A DNA stretch of 61,417 nt from NCBI GenBank assembly GCA_023254905.1, contig JALRKF010000006.1, forward strand, positions 1-61,417. The letters are read 5' to 3'. The stretch is from Crocinitomicaceae bacterium (GTDB lineage Bacteria; Bacteroidota; Bacteroidia; Flavobacteriales_D; Crocinitomicaceae). Under the pieces are notes generated by a model. It was not told the DNA's origin. It searched no databases and saw only the letters and a list, made by a program, of their open reading frames with translations. A program made the position numbers and the translations under genes. Positions 28,753-37,676 of the stretch are shown one piece after another. Positions within the stretch are counted from its first letter, which is position 1; the number at the start of each line of letters is the position of its first letter.

Positions 28753-28798
28753 AAATCTTCCGAATTTACAACAATCTATTATCAACCATTCAATCGAA

Positions 28799-29995
28799 CT
28801 ACCATTCAGTATCTTCGTCTAATAAAGATCTCCAGTCATTAGAGTTATCCTCAGAATCCCATTTAATTTGTTCATAATCACCTCGGCTAAGCTCATATCG
28901 TTTTATTTGTTCGCCAGTGTAATCCTCAATAGTTTCAATCAACTCTAGCTCAACTTCACTGCAAAATGATATCGCAAAACCACTATTTGTCCCTCTTCCA
29001 GTTCGACCACAGCGGTGTACATAATTTTCAGGATTTTCAGGAACATCATAATTCACGACAATTTCAACATTTGGAATATCTATTCCTCGAGCCGCTACAT
29101 CCGTAGTTACAAGAACTTTATAATTTCCTTTTTTGAAGGAATCAAGAATTGCAAATCGATCATTCTGATCGATATCACCGTGCATACATAAAGCGTGTAC
29201 TCCCACTCTCTCCATTGCCTTCACAACACGCTCTGCACGGATACGAGTTCGCACAAATGCTAAGATCCTACTTTCTTCATTTTCTTTAACTATGTTCTCA
29301 AGAAAGAATCGTTTGTCATCCATTTCAATGAAAGCAACTACATGTTCAATTGACCTTGCCACGCTAGTTTTAGGCGATATCTGTATGCGTATCGCATTTT
29401 TACCTACATCATAGGCAAGGGATTTCACTTTTTTATTGATAGTTGCAGAAAAGAACAATGTCTGTCTTTTCCTTGGTAGATAACGTAATACATCTATTAC
29501 ATCCTTCTTGAAACCTAAATCCAACATTAGATCCGCCTCATCCAATATAAGTGTCCTAACATACGATATATCGAGATGTCCCTGACTTATCAAATCGAAC
29601 ATTCTACCAGGTGTGGTAATCAATATATCGACCCTTGAATTTAATTTGTCAATTTGCTTCTTCTGTGTAACACCACCAAATAATGCATAAGACTTAATAT
29701 CTGTCCCTGTAGAAAGATCATTGAATACATCCGCTATTTGCTCCGCCAATTCCCTGGTAGGTACCATACATAAGCAATTAATACCTTTTCGATTTTTATT
29801 TTTCAATAATCCATCTAGCACAGGAATAACGAAAGCAGCAGTTTTTCCAGTTCCTGTGGGTGCTACAGCAAATACATCTTCTCCCTTTAAAATTGGGAAA
29901 ATAGATTTATACTGAATATCAGTTGGACGTTTAAATTGAAGCGCTGCCAGCCTGTCCTTTATTCGCTTGTCTATATCGTATTCGCTGAATTTCAC
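28799..29995 (-). CDS. DEAD-box ATP-dependent RNA helicase
   Basis: 398 aa. It shows the Q motif (F..PTDIQ), APTGTGKTAAF, PTRELA, DEAD, SAT, ARGIDI and HRCGRTGR. The start is GTG, because a stop lies 4 codons upstream and there is no in-frame ATG. Confidence 0.95.
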   Translation of the reverse strand: MKFSEYDIDKRIKDRLAALQFKRPTDIQYKSIFPILKGEDVFAVAPTGTGKTAAFVIPVLDGLLKNKNRKGINCLCMVPTRELAEQIADVFNDLSTGTDIKSYALFGGVTQKKQIDKLNSRVDILITTPGRMFDLISQGHLDISYVRTLILDEADLMLDLGFKKDVIDVLRYLPRKRQTLFFSATINKKVKSLAYDVGKNAIRIQISPKTSVARSIEHVVAFIEMDDKRFFLENIVKENEESRILAFVRTRIRAERVVKAMERVGVHALCMHGDIDQNDRFAILDSFKKGNYKVLVTTDVAARGIDIPNVEIVVNYDVPENPENYVHRCGRTGRGTNSGFAISFCSEVELELIETIEDYTGEQIKRYELSRGDYEQIKWDSEDNSNDWRSLLDEDTEW

Positions 29996-30011
29996 AATTT
30001 TAAATTACAAA

Positions 30012-30041
30012 GAAAAGCCGTCTCTTCTCCGAGACGGCTTT
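30012..30041 (-). terminator. Rho-independent terminator after the zinc-ribbon gene
   Basis: AAAGCCGTCTC-(6 nt loop)-GAGACGGCTTT forms a perfect 11-bp stem (30014-30024 / 30031-30041), followed on the minus strand by TCTTTGTAATTT. Confidence 0.8.
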
Positions 30042-30061
30042 CAAAATTTATATAGTACATT

Positions 30062-30811
30062 TTATACTTCCTCTTGCGTAGGAACTAATATTCTTCCGCA
30101 ATGCTCACATACTATTACTTTCTTCTTCGCTTGAATATCTAATTGACGCTGAGGTGGTATCTTATTGAAGCATCCTCCGCATGCATCTCTATCTACTGGA
30201 ACAACTGCTAACCCATTTTTAGCATTATTTCTGAGTCGAACGTAAGCCTGTGCAAGTCTTTCCTCTAACCCCTTCAATGCTTTTCCAGAATCTTTTTCCA
30301 GTTTCTCCTCTTGTGTTTTTGTCTCGGCAATTATTTCATCAAGCTCCGACTTTTTGGAGTCAAGGTCTCCTTGTCTTAATTCTCTCCTCTCTAAAGCCGC
30401 ATCTAGTAATTCTTTCTTGCTTTCTATCTTGAATTTCGCCTCTTTAGATTTTTTCTCGTTCAGTTTGATCTCTAGTTCCTGGAATTCAATTTCTTTTTCC
30501 AAAGATTCAAACTCACGGTTATTTCTAACGTTGTTTTGCTGCTCCTTGTATTTGGCAATGGCCGTATCGGCATCCTTATTTTGGTTTTTTCTGTCAGAAA
30601 TATCTTTTTCCAATTCAGCAACTTCATTCTGCATTTTCTCGATTCTCGTATTCAACCCTGCCACTTCATCTTCAAGATCTTCTACTTCAAGAGGTAACTC
30701 TCCTCTTAATGTTCTGATTCTATCAATCTCAGAATCAATCTGTTGAAGATGGTATAAGCTATCCAACTTCTCAGCTGCCGTAGCTTCTTTTTTCTTTGCA
30801 GTCTTTGCCAT
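30062..30811 (-). CDS. Coiled-coil protein with C-terminal C4 zinc ribbon (COG1579-like)
   Basis: 249 aa. Long heptad-rich charged helices end in CGGC...(x)...CEHCGRIL. The gene follows the Nif3 gene, as in many bacteria. Confidence 0.8.
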   Translation of the reverse strand: MAKTAKKKEATAAEKLDSLYHLQQIDSEIDRIRTLRGELPLEVEDLEDEVAGLNTRIEKMQNEVAELEKDISDRKNQNKDADTAIAKYKEQQNNVRNNREFESLEKEIEFQELEIKLNEKKSKEAKFKIESKKELLDAALERRELRQGDLDSKKSELDEIIAETKTQEEKLEKDSGKALKGLEERLAQAYVRLRNNAKNGLAVVPVDRDACGGCFNKIPPQRQLDIQAKKKVIVCEHCGRILVPTQEEV

Positions 30812-30815
30812 ACTG

Positions 30816-31910
30816 TTAAAAATAATTTATCGGGTTTGTATATACCTCAGTTAAATGAACCGCAAAGTTAGAAAATTTTTCTGTCAAAATTGTTTTTATT
30901 CTTTCTGAAGTAAACTGTTCACTTTCATAATGACCAATGTCTGCTATTATGATTTGATCATCTGCATCAAAGAACTCATGATACTTGAAATCTCCAGTTA
31001 TGTAAATGTCGGCATTAGCTCTTATTGCATCGTTTAACAAGAAACTTCCAGAGCCACCGCAAAATGCGATAGTTTTAACATTACTCGAAATCAATTTAGT
31101 ATGTCGAATAACACCACATTTAAATGTACTTTTGAGCATTTTCAAAAATTCAATTGTCGATATTTCGGAGCTTAATTCACCTATCATACCACTGCCCAAA
31201 TAAGGATCTTTATTTTCGAGAGCATAAATCTCAAAAGCAACCTCCTCGTATGGATGCGCTTCCCTCAATTTTCTAATGAGATTTTCTTTGAGATGATTAT
31301 CAAATAATACCTCCACTCTTTCCTCGTTCACAAACTCCTTTTTACCGATTTCTCCCTCGAAGGGCATTGAACCATCGAGTGGTTTAAATGTTCCTTCTCC
31401 CTTGCTGGAGAAACTGCATTCCTCATAATTACCCATTCTTCCTGCACCTGCAGCATACAGTGAGTCGAGAATATCTGATTTACTCTTAGATGGAACGTAA
31501 AACACAAGCTTATTAAGGTTATTTGCTTTCGCTCGCAACACTTTCAATTTGCTCAAGCCCAATCGATTTGCGATCTCAAAATTCACACCTTTCAGATAAT
31601 TATCAAGATTTGTATGAATCGCATAAATCGCAATCCCCGCTTTAATCGCTTTTATTACTGTGCGTTCAACATAATTTTTCCCATTCAACTTTTTCAAGCC
31701 TCCAAAAATTATTGGATGATGTGCAATAATCAATTCACAATTTTTCTTTTGTGCCTCTTCTATAATTTTCTCCGTACAATCGAGTGAAACTAGAATATTC
31801 GATACTTCTTCATTTCCTGAGCCGACAATTAAACCACTGTTATCATAAGTCTCCTGTGTGGTTAACGGCGCAATCATTTCAAGATAGTTAGCTATTTCTC
31901 TTACTGTCAT
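30816..31910 (-). CDS. Nif3-like dinuclear metal centre protein (GTP cyclohydrolase 1 type 2 homologue)
   Basis: 364 aa. It has NSGLIVG, IIAHHPIIF, YAIHTNLD and a C-terminal ITGDFKYHEF with an inserted PII-like domain. Confidence 0.85.
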   Translation of the reverse strand: MTVREIANYLEMIAPLTTQETYDNSGLIVGSGNEEVSNILVSLDCTEKIIEEAQKKNCELIIAHHPIIFGGLKKLNGKNYVERTVIKAIKAGIAIYAIHTNLDNYLKGVNFEIANRLGLSKLKVLRAKANNLNKLVFYVPSKSKSDILDSLYAAGAGRMGNYEECSFSSKGEGTFKPLDGSMPFEGEIGKKEFVNEERVEVLFDNHLKENLIRKLREAHPYEEVAFEIYALENKDPYLGSGMIGELSSEISTIEFLKMLKSTFKCGVIRHTKLISSNVKTIAFCGGSGSFLLNDAIRANADIYITGDFKYHEFFDADDQIIIADIGHYESEQFTSERIKTILTEKFSNFAVHLTEVYTNPINYF

Positions 31911-31912
31911 AC

Positions 31913-32635
31913 TTAGAGTTTATATGTTAGTCCCAAATTTAATCCCAATGCTCTTCCGTAATGCTTAAAATCAGACTGCTTTTCATACGAGCTTGTCAAT
32001 TGATATCGGAACTCTGGTAAGATATACATCGCCATATTATTCGTTATGTCCATTTGAACACCAACATTGAAGACAACTGAGAAAACAAATGAATTATAAC
32101 CATTATTCGTTGTGAATGTATTCTTTTCTCTATAGTCCAGAGTTGTTAACCATTCCTGATCTTGCCTATATTGAATAAACATCTGAGGCAATACTCCTAA
32201 TCCGGCATATAATCTGACCTGCTGACCATATGTGAACAACACTTTTACAGGCATTCCGATGTACATATACGTTGTATTATAAGTAAACATTGTATCAGCA
32301 GCTTCATATAAATAACTCTCTCCGTTTCGCAATAATGAAATTCCGCCTTCCCAAGATAAATAATCATTCAAGCGGCTTCTAAATCCAATTCCATAGGACC
32401 ATCGGTTTAATTTATCTTCGGAAACACGACTTCCAAGTGTATCGCCGAAAGGTGCAATATTCTCAATTAGTTTTCTCGAGGTAGAGGACCAGTTTGCATG
32501 AAAATAAGCTTCTGTATTTCTCGTGTCCAATGTTTTTGTAGCGTTCTCTAGTTCTTGTGTTTCCTCTGAAATTTCAATTTGAGCAAAACTCATACTTGCC
32601 GTAAAGAATATTGCTACATAAATAAATGTTTTCAT
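31913..32635 (-). CDS. Outer-membrane beta-barrel protein (small porin/OmpW-like class), unknown function
   Basis: 240 aa. It has the signal peptide MKTFIYVAIFFTASMSFAQ, alternating amphipathic strands, and a C-terminal aromatic-rich GLNLGLTYKL. Confidence 0.6.
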   Translation of the reverse strand: MKTFIYVAIFFTASMSFAQIEISEETQELENATKTLDTRNTEAYFHANWSSTSRKLIENIAPFGDTLGSRVSEDKLNRWSYGIGFRSRLNDYLSWEGGISLLRNGESYLYEAADTMFTYNTTYMYIGMPVKVLFTYGQQVRLYAGLGVLPQMFIQYRQDQEWLTTLDYREKNTFTTNNGYNSFVFSVVFNVGVQMDITNNMAMYILPEFRYQLTSSYEKQSDFKHYGRALGLNLGLTYKL

Positions 32636-32639
32636 AGTA

Positions 32640-33500
32640 TTAGTGTGTACTTGTCATGTTTTCATTGACACATATTATAAAATCTGCCCTTCCTTTATTA
32701 TCCTCTTTCAGCGTATTTACATCTTCCTGAGTAACAGTGGTAATGGAACCTATATTGGCATCCGGCCTTTTTTGTTTGATGTACCAAATAATTCCCTGAT
32801 AGTAATCTGAATGATAGGCTCCATTCATGTGATAAAGAACACTCTCTTCATTCATATTCTCCAAAGAGAAATGAGCCATAGTTGCATCTTTAATCGCTTG
32901 AGCCTCTGTAAAACTTCCAGATCCATGCATAGCCATCTCCTGCAACTTAGCATATTGTGAAAGCGTTGTATCAACAACAAAATCCAATGGTACCATCCAA
33001 GACTTTTCCTCCTCTGAAAGTGCATCCAATGCCTCCCGACCCCTCTTAAAAAGTAGCGAGGCATATCGCCTTGGAATATTACTCGCCACGGATTTTAAAT
33101 CATTCATTCTGGCAAAATCAAGTAATGGTTTATAATCTGTTTGATAGTTTGGCCAAAGTCTGCAACTGTCTTGAAATACTTTTGATTCTATCTTTTCGTT
33201 CAAATAGGCATCCAATAATTCTTGCTGATCTTGTTCGAACATCTCAAAGGCCATAACAAGATTACTGCCGTGTACTTCATAAAGATCCTCGAGTACCTCG
33301 AGTTGTAACCAATGAGAAATTGGATTATCATGATATTCTCCAAAGAAGACGAATTCTCGGTTTTCAAGGAATTTTATCATTTTTTCGTATGTCACCTTTT
33401 TTCCTTTGGAATTGTAAATTTCGTAACCATTCACCTTTTGTGCAATTGAGCTAAATGCTATTAGGAAGGTCAAAAATGCTATTGATAACAGTCGAATCAT
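32640..33500 (-). CDS. ChaN-like (Tiki/haem-binding uptake superfamily) secreted protein
   Basis: It carries the FFGEYHDNPISHWLQLEV motif. The ATG at 33500 gives the clean signal peptide MIRLLSIAFLTFLIAFSSIAQ. The track start at 33563 adds 21 non-signal residues, so the start is uncertain. Confidence 0.6.
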   Translation of the reverse strand: MIRLLSIAFLTFLIAFSSIAQKVNGYEIYNSKGKKVTYEKMIKFLENREFVFFGEYHDNPISHWLQLEVLEDLYEVHGSNLVMAFEMFEQDQQELLDAYLNEKIESKVFQDSCRLWPNYQTDYKPLLDFARMNDLKSVASNIPRRYASLLFKRGREALDALSEEEKSWMVPLDFVVDTTLSQYAKLQEMAMHGSGSFTEAQAIKDATMAHFSLENMNEESVLYHMNGAYHSDYYQGIIWYIKQKRPDANIGSITTVTQEDVNTLKEDNKGRADFIICVNENMTSTH

Positions 33501-33529
33501 TCTACAATTATATTTTGATAACATTCTGT

Positions 33530-33537
33530 TAAATTTG
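33530..33537 (+). promoter_or_regulatory. -7 promoter box TAAATTTG, 5 nt upstream of the ATG of the LtaS-like gene (predicted leaderless)
   Basis: It is an exact TAnnTTTG. The gap to the ATG at 33543 is TCGTC. Confidence 0.4.
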
Positions 33538-33542
33538 TCGTC

Positions 33543-35420
33543 ATGCATGAAAGAAAGAGACACTTTCCCAAAACGACCATAGCACTGCTAAAAGTAATGG
33601 GTATTCCCTTTCTAATGCTCATTATCACGCGACTGTTCTTTTATTTTTCGAATATACACTCTTTCGAGGACATGGGAATCAAATTTTGGTTCTTGGGTGT
33701 CTGGTTTGATATCATGACCATTGCATTATTTTTCCTGCCGTTTTACTCTTTGTTCTTGTTACCTTTTGAGTTTCGTAACACGTACATTTATCGATTCATA
33801 ATAAAACTGTTATTTCATCTTACAAATAGTTTACTCATTGCACTAAACTTATTGGATATTGAATACTTTAAATTCACAAGTAAGCGTTCAACTGCCGATT
33901 TATTTTCGATGGTTAGCACAGGAAATGATATGAACCAGCTAATAGGAAGTTTTCTGGCAGACTTCTGGTTTTTGATTGTTCTTTTTATCATTTTAGTAAT
34001 TGCCTCGGAATGGCTTTATCGCAGAGTCATCAGCAAAGAATTTCGTTTCAATAATTATTCACGTCTATCGGCAATTCTTCAATGTGTTTTCGCCCTACCA
34101 ATACTTTTTCTCATTGGTCGTGGAGGATTCGGCTTAAAACCAGTCGGCGTAATCGAAGCTGCGAATTTTACTGGTGGGAAATATACTTCTTTTGTATTAC
34201 CTACACCATTTACATTAATAAAGTCTATTGATCAAAAAGGGATACAACCAAAGAGTTATTTCTCCCGTGAAAAGGTCAAGCAATTTTATACCCCAATCAA
34301 AAAATCTGTGCCTCAAAACATTTTTAGTAAAAGGAAAAATGTGGTATTCATAATACTTGAAAGCTTCGGAACAGAGTTTATTGGATACTACAACAAAGGA
34401 ATAACATATACCCCATTTCTAGATTCTTTATTGGATAAAGCACTAACCTTCGAACATGCCTTTGCCAATGGAAAAAAATCAATCGAAGCAGTACCAGCAA
34501 TATTCGCTTCTATTCCCACATTGATGGATAGTCCCTATATTTCCTCTCCTTACGGAAATAATAAGATTCAAGCGCTTCCAAGTATTCTTGGAAACTATGG
34601 ATATACCTCAGCCTTTTATCATGGAGCAACGAATGGCTCCATGAGTTTTGATGGATTTGCGAAACTTGCGGGATTCGATCAATACGTTGGACGCACGGAA
34701 TATGACAATGAGGATCATTCCGATAACAAATGGGGAATTTTGGATGAATACTTCAACCCATGGACGGCTGAGCAGATCAGCTCGCTTCCTGAACCTTTTA
34801 TTGCTTCTCTATTTACGCTCTCCTCACACCACCCGTATTATATTCCGGAACATATGCGTGATCAAGTAAAGAAAGGCCCACAACCTATTTGTGCTTCAAT
34901 TAATTACTCTGATATCGCACTAAAAGCATTCTTTGAAAAAGCCAAATTACAAGATTGGTATGAGAATACAATTTTTGTTTTGTTAGCTGATCATACGCCT
35001 GCAACCTCGACTGCGTTCTACTCTCAACGTTCTCAAATGTATCGTATTCCAATGGCGATTTATGATCCAACTCAAACCTTGAAACCTGCAAGATTTGATG
35101 GTATCGTACAACAAATGGACCTTATGCCTTCATTACTTGACTTACTCAATATAGAAACAGACTTTTATAGCTTCGGTAATTCAATATTCAGCAATGCACC
35201 TAGAGAGGCAATTACATATATCTCCGGTTCATACAATTATTTTAGAGGTAACGAAATGATGATCTTTAGTGACGAGATTATTCACTCAAAAGAAATTTTT
35301 GATTCACTCTGTGAGCAGGAAAACTATGAGACCATTGAAATAGAAGCAAGATTAAAAGCTTTGATTCAAACATATAACTTTGACCTAGTCCAAAATAAAA
35401 CACATATCGGTGAAAAGTAA
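33543..35420 (+). CDS. LTA-synthase/phosphoglycerol-transferase-like membrane sulfatase-fold enzyme (alkaline phosphatase superfamily)
   Basis: 625 aa. It has about 5 N-terminal TM helices followed by an extracytoplasmic domain with ILESFG, LSSHHPY and LLADHTP motifs. Confidence 0.75.
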   Translation: MHERKRHFPKTTIALLKVMGIPFLMLIITRLFFYFSNIHSFEDMGIKFWFLGVWFDIMTIALFFLPFYSLFLLPFEFRNTYIYRFIIKLLFHLTNSLLIALNLLDIEYFKFTSKRSTADLFSMVSTGNDMNQLIGSFLADFWFLIVLFIILVIASEWLYRRVISKEFRFNNYSRLSAILQCVFALPILFLIGRGGFGLKPVGVIEAANFTGGKYTSFVLPTPFTLIKSIDQKGIQPKSYFSREKVKQFYTPIKKSVPQNIFSKRKNVVFIILESFGTEFIGYYNKGITYTPFLDSLLDKALTFEHAFANGKKSIEAVPAIFASIPTLMDSPYISSPYGNNKIQALPSILGNYGYTSAFYHGATNGSMSFDGFAKLAGFDQYVGRTEYDNEDHSDNKWGILDEYFNPWTAEQISSLPEPFIASLFTLSSHHPYYIPEHMRDQVKKGPQPICASINYSDIALKAFFEKAKLQDWYENTIFVLLADHTPATSTAFYSQRSQMYRIPMAIYDPTQTLKPARFDGIVQQMDLMPSLLDLLNIETDFYSFGNSIFSNAPREAITYISGSYNYFRGNEMMIFSDEIIHSKEIFDSLCEQENYETIEIEARLKALIQTYNFDLVQNKTHIGEK

Positions 35421-36306
35421 GATTCTCTTCATAATCAATCCCAAATCTGGAGTTAAAAAGCGAACGGATGTAAAGAAGATAATCTATAAGTATTTGGATA
35501 TGTCGAAATTTGATCCGACTGTTATCTACACCACGCACAAAGCACATGCAATTGAGCTTTCAAAAAATGCAATTAAAGACAAAATAGATATCGTATGTGC
35601 AGTAGGAGGAGATGGCACTGTTCATGAAGTAGGAACAACACTCATAGGTTCTAATATAAAGCTTGCCATCATTCCAAGGGGATCAGGTAATGGAATGGGA
35701 AATCATCTTGGCATTCCTAAAATAGTTCGGAAAGCTGTCAAAACGATCAATTTGGGGGTTTATAAGGAAATAGATACTGTACTGATAAATGATATTCCCT
35801 TTTTAGGAGTTGCGGGTGTTGGTCTAGACGCTATTATCGCTGAGAAATTCGATACTACAGATAAAAGAGGATTGATGGGGTATATTAAAATCATTTTAAA
35901 AGAATACTTCAGCTATAAAAATATAACGGTTCGATCTAAACTAGACAATGGTATAGAACAAGTCGATAATTTATTTATTTGTTCCATTGCTAATGGCTCT
36001 GAATTTGGGAATGGTTTCTGTATCTCACCAAATAGCGATATGACCGACGGTAAATTAGAATTATTCAAATTAAAACGTATTAACTTCTTTGCAATTCCTG
36101 TAGTTGCGTACAGATTTTTTACCAGAAAAGCTCATCACTCCAAATTTGTTGAAATTATACCCTTCGAAACGTGCGAGTTAAATATTGATCAAGAAATTAT
36201 GCACTTGGATGGAGAATCGGTCAGAATCAAATCTCCATTTAAAGTCACAATTCAACGAAAAAGTCTTTCTATATTGACCGGCAAAAGAAATAAAAATGGA
36301 TTTTAA
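35410..36306 (+). CDS. Diacylglycerol-kinase-fold lipid kinase (YegS/BmrU family)
   Basis: 298 aa. It has ILFIINPKSG, VGGDGTVHEV and IIPRGSGNG motifs. It overlaps the upstream gene by 11 nt. Confidence 0.8.
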   Translation: MKSKILFIINPKSGVKKRTDVKKIIYKYLDMSKFDPTVIYTTHKAHAIELSKNAIKDKIDIVCAVGGDGTVHEVGTTLIGSNIKLAIIPRGSGNGMGNHLGIPKIVRKAVKTINLGVYKEIDTVLINDIPFLGVAGVGLDAIIAEKFDTTDKRGLMGYIKIILKEYFSYKNITVRSKLDNGIEQVDNLFICSIANGSEFGNGFCISPNSDMTDGKLELFKLKRINFFAIPVVAYRFFTRKAHHSKFVEIIPFETCELNIDQEIMHLDGESVRIKSPFKVTIQRKSLSILTGKRNKNGF

Positions 36307-36754
36307 AGACGTTCAATTAAAGGATATTTTGGAGTTAATGGATCAACTTGAACATTCGTCTCAGCCGAATTGGGGGTCAATGAGTGCACAGCGTATGGTT
36401 GAACATTTAACAGATACTTTAGATTTATCAATGGGCAACATCAAGGATATTCATCAAGAAATTAGTCCAGAAAAAGTGGAGCGCGCAAAAGGTTTTCTAT
36501 TATCCGAGCATCCGATGCCAAAGAACTTCGAAGCCTCTTTTGCTCCTTCCGACGCCAGGATACGCAACGAATCTTTAGAATTAGCTATTGATGAGTTCGC
36601 ATTGAAATGGATTGAATTCGAATATTTTTTCAATGAAAATCCACAAACTAAAACTTTACATCCTAATTTCGGAAAGCTGGATAAAATTCTTTGGCAAAAA
36701 CTAAATGCGAAGCACATTAAACATCACTTTGAGCAATTCGAATTAGTCCAATGA
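36296..36754 (+). CDS. DinB-superfamily / DUF1569-like protein
   Basis: 152 aa. The layout MSAQRMVEHLTD...HPNFGKL...KHIKHHFEQF is a four-helix DinB-like arrangement of His residues. Confidence 0.55.
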   Translation: MDFKDVQLKDILELMDQLEHSSQPNWGSMSAQRMVEHLTDTLDLSMGNIKDIHQEISPEKVERAKGFLLSEHPMPKNFEASFAPSDARIRNESLELAIDEFALKWIEFEYFFNENPQTKTLHPNFGKLDKILWQKLNAKHIKHHFEQFELVQ

Positions 36755-36918
36755 AAATTCTTCTCTACCCTTTACTTCCTGCAATAATTATTGGTTTTGT
36801 AAATTACATATATTGGAGAAAAAGAGGGTATCGATCAATACCACAACTTTTACTGAGCATAATGGTGTTTTACACTCTATTTTATGTAATTTTTAAGAAA
36901 TTTGTTTTTGGTGGATGA
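36751..36918 (+). CDS. Small hydrophobic protein (55 aa, about 2 TM segments), not in the supplied ORF track
   Basis: It translates as MKILLYPLLPAIIIGFVNYIYWRKRGYRSIPQLLLSIMVFYTLFYVIFKKFVFGG. Its ATG overlaps the upstream stop (ATGA at 36751-36754), and its stop overlaps the next ATG (ATGA at 36915-36918). Confidence 0.5.
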   Translation: MKILLYPLLPAIIIGFVNYIYWRKRGYRSIPQLLLSIMVFYTLFYVIFKKFVFGG

Positions 36919-37676
36919 AAGCTATCCAATACCATATTAGAGCCATCAAAATCGCTTTGGAACAATTAGCAAAGGGAAGCTTCATGGCTTTTTTCATTCC
37001 GGCATTTGTACTCACAATCTTCTATTGGTATCTCCAATACAATTTAACTCGTGTAAATTTTGTAGCAAGCTGGTTTTCTTTTTTACCCTACATAGGAGAA
37101 TATCTAGACAAATTAGTGGAATTCGGATTTACAGCCTTAGACTGGATCCTTAAACAGGTTTATATTTTTGTTATTCTAACATTATTATCTCCTGTGAACA
37201 CCTATTTGTCTGAAAAATTGGATAGTTCTTTGACGGGTTCCGTTGTCAAGTTCGATTTGTTAAGGTTTATAAATGATTTTTTTCGAATGCTCTTCATTGT
37301 TTTACTTGCCATTACAATGGAACTGATTTTTATGAGTGTTTATTGGTTATTTAGTTGGATTTTTGGTTTCGGAGTTCTAGATAATCTAATGTACTTTTTA
37401 ATAGCAGCCTTTTTCTTTGGTCTAAGTTTTTATGACTACTCTTTAGAAAGATATGGAACCGGAGTTTTTGGAACAATAGGATATGCTTTTCAGAATATGT
37501 TGACAATGATCCTTACTGGATCTATCTTTTTACTGATTTTTGAAATTCCATTTATCGGTATTGCGATATCTGGTGGAATTACTGTGATGGTTTCAACCAT
37601 TGTTTTTCTCATAAGAGAGAATAAGTATCCAAAAGAAAATAGCAAAAATAATACAACCCCAACTATCGAAGAATGA
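36915..37676 (+). CDS. Multi-pass membrane protein, possibly EI24/CysZ-like
   Basis: 253 aa with about 5-6 hydrophobic helices. The family assignment rests only on topology and length. Confidence 0.5.
   Translation: MKAIQYHIRAIKIALEQLAKGSFMAFFIPAFVLTIFYWYLQYNLTRVNFVASWFSFLPYIGEYLDKLVEFGFTALDWILKQVYIFVILTLLSPVNTYLSEKLDSSLTGSVVKFDLLRFINDFFRMLFIVLLAITMELIFMSVYWLFSWIFGFGVLDNLMYFLIAAFFFGLSFYDYSLERYGTGVFGTIGYAFQNMLTMILTGSIFLLIFEIPFIGIAISGGITVMVSTIVFLIRENKYPKENSKNNTTPTIEE

Noticed and set aside
30354-30746. A 130-aa Ser-rich plus-strand ORF
   Set aside because: It is the reverse frame of the Glu/Lys-rich coiled-coil gene. The low-complexity mirror composition is expected there.
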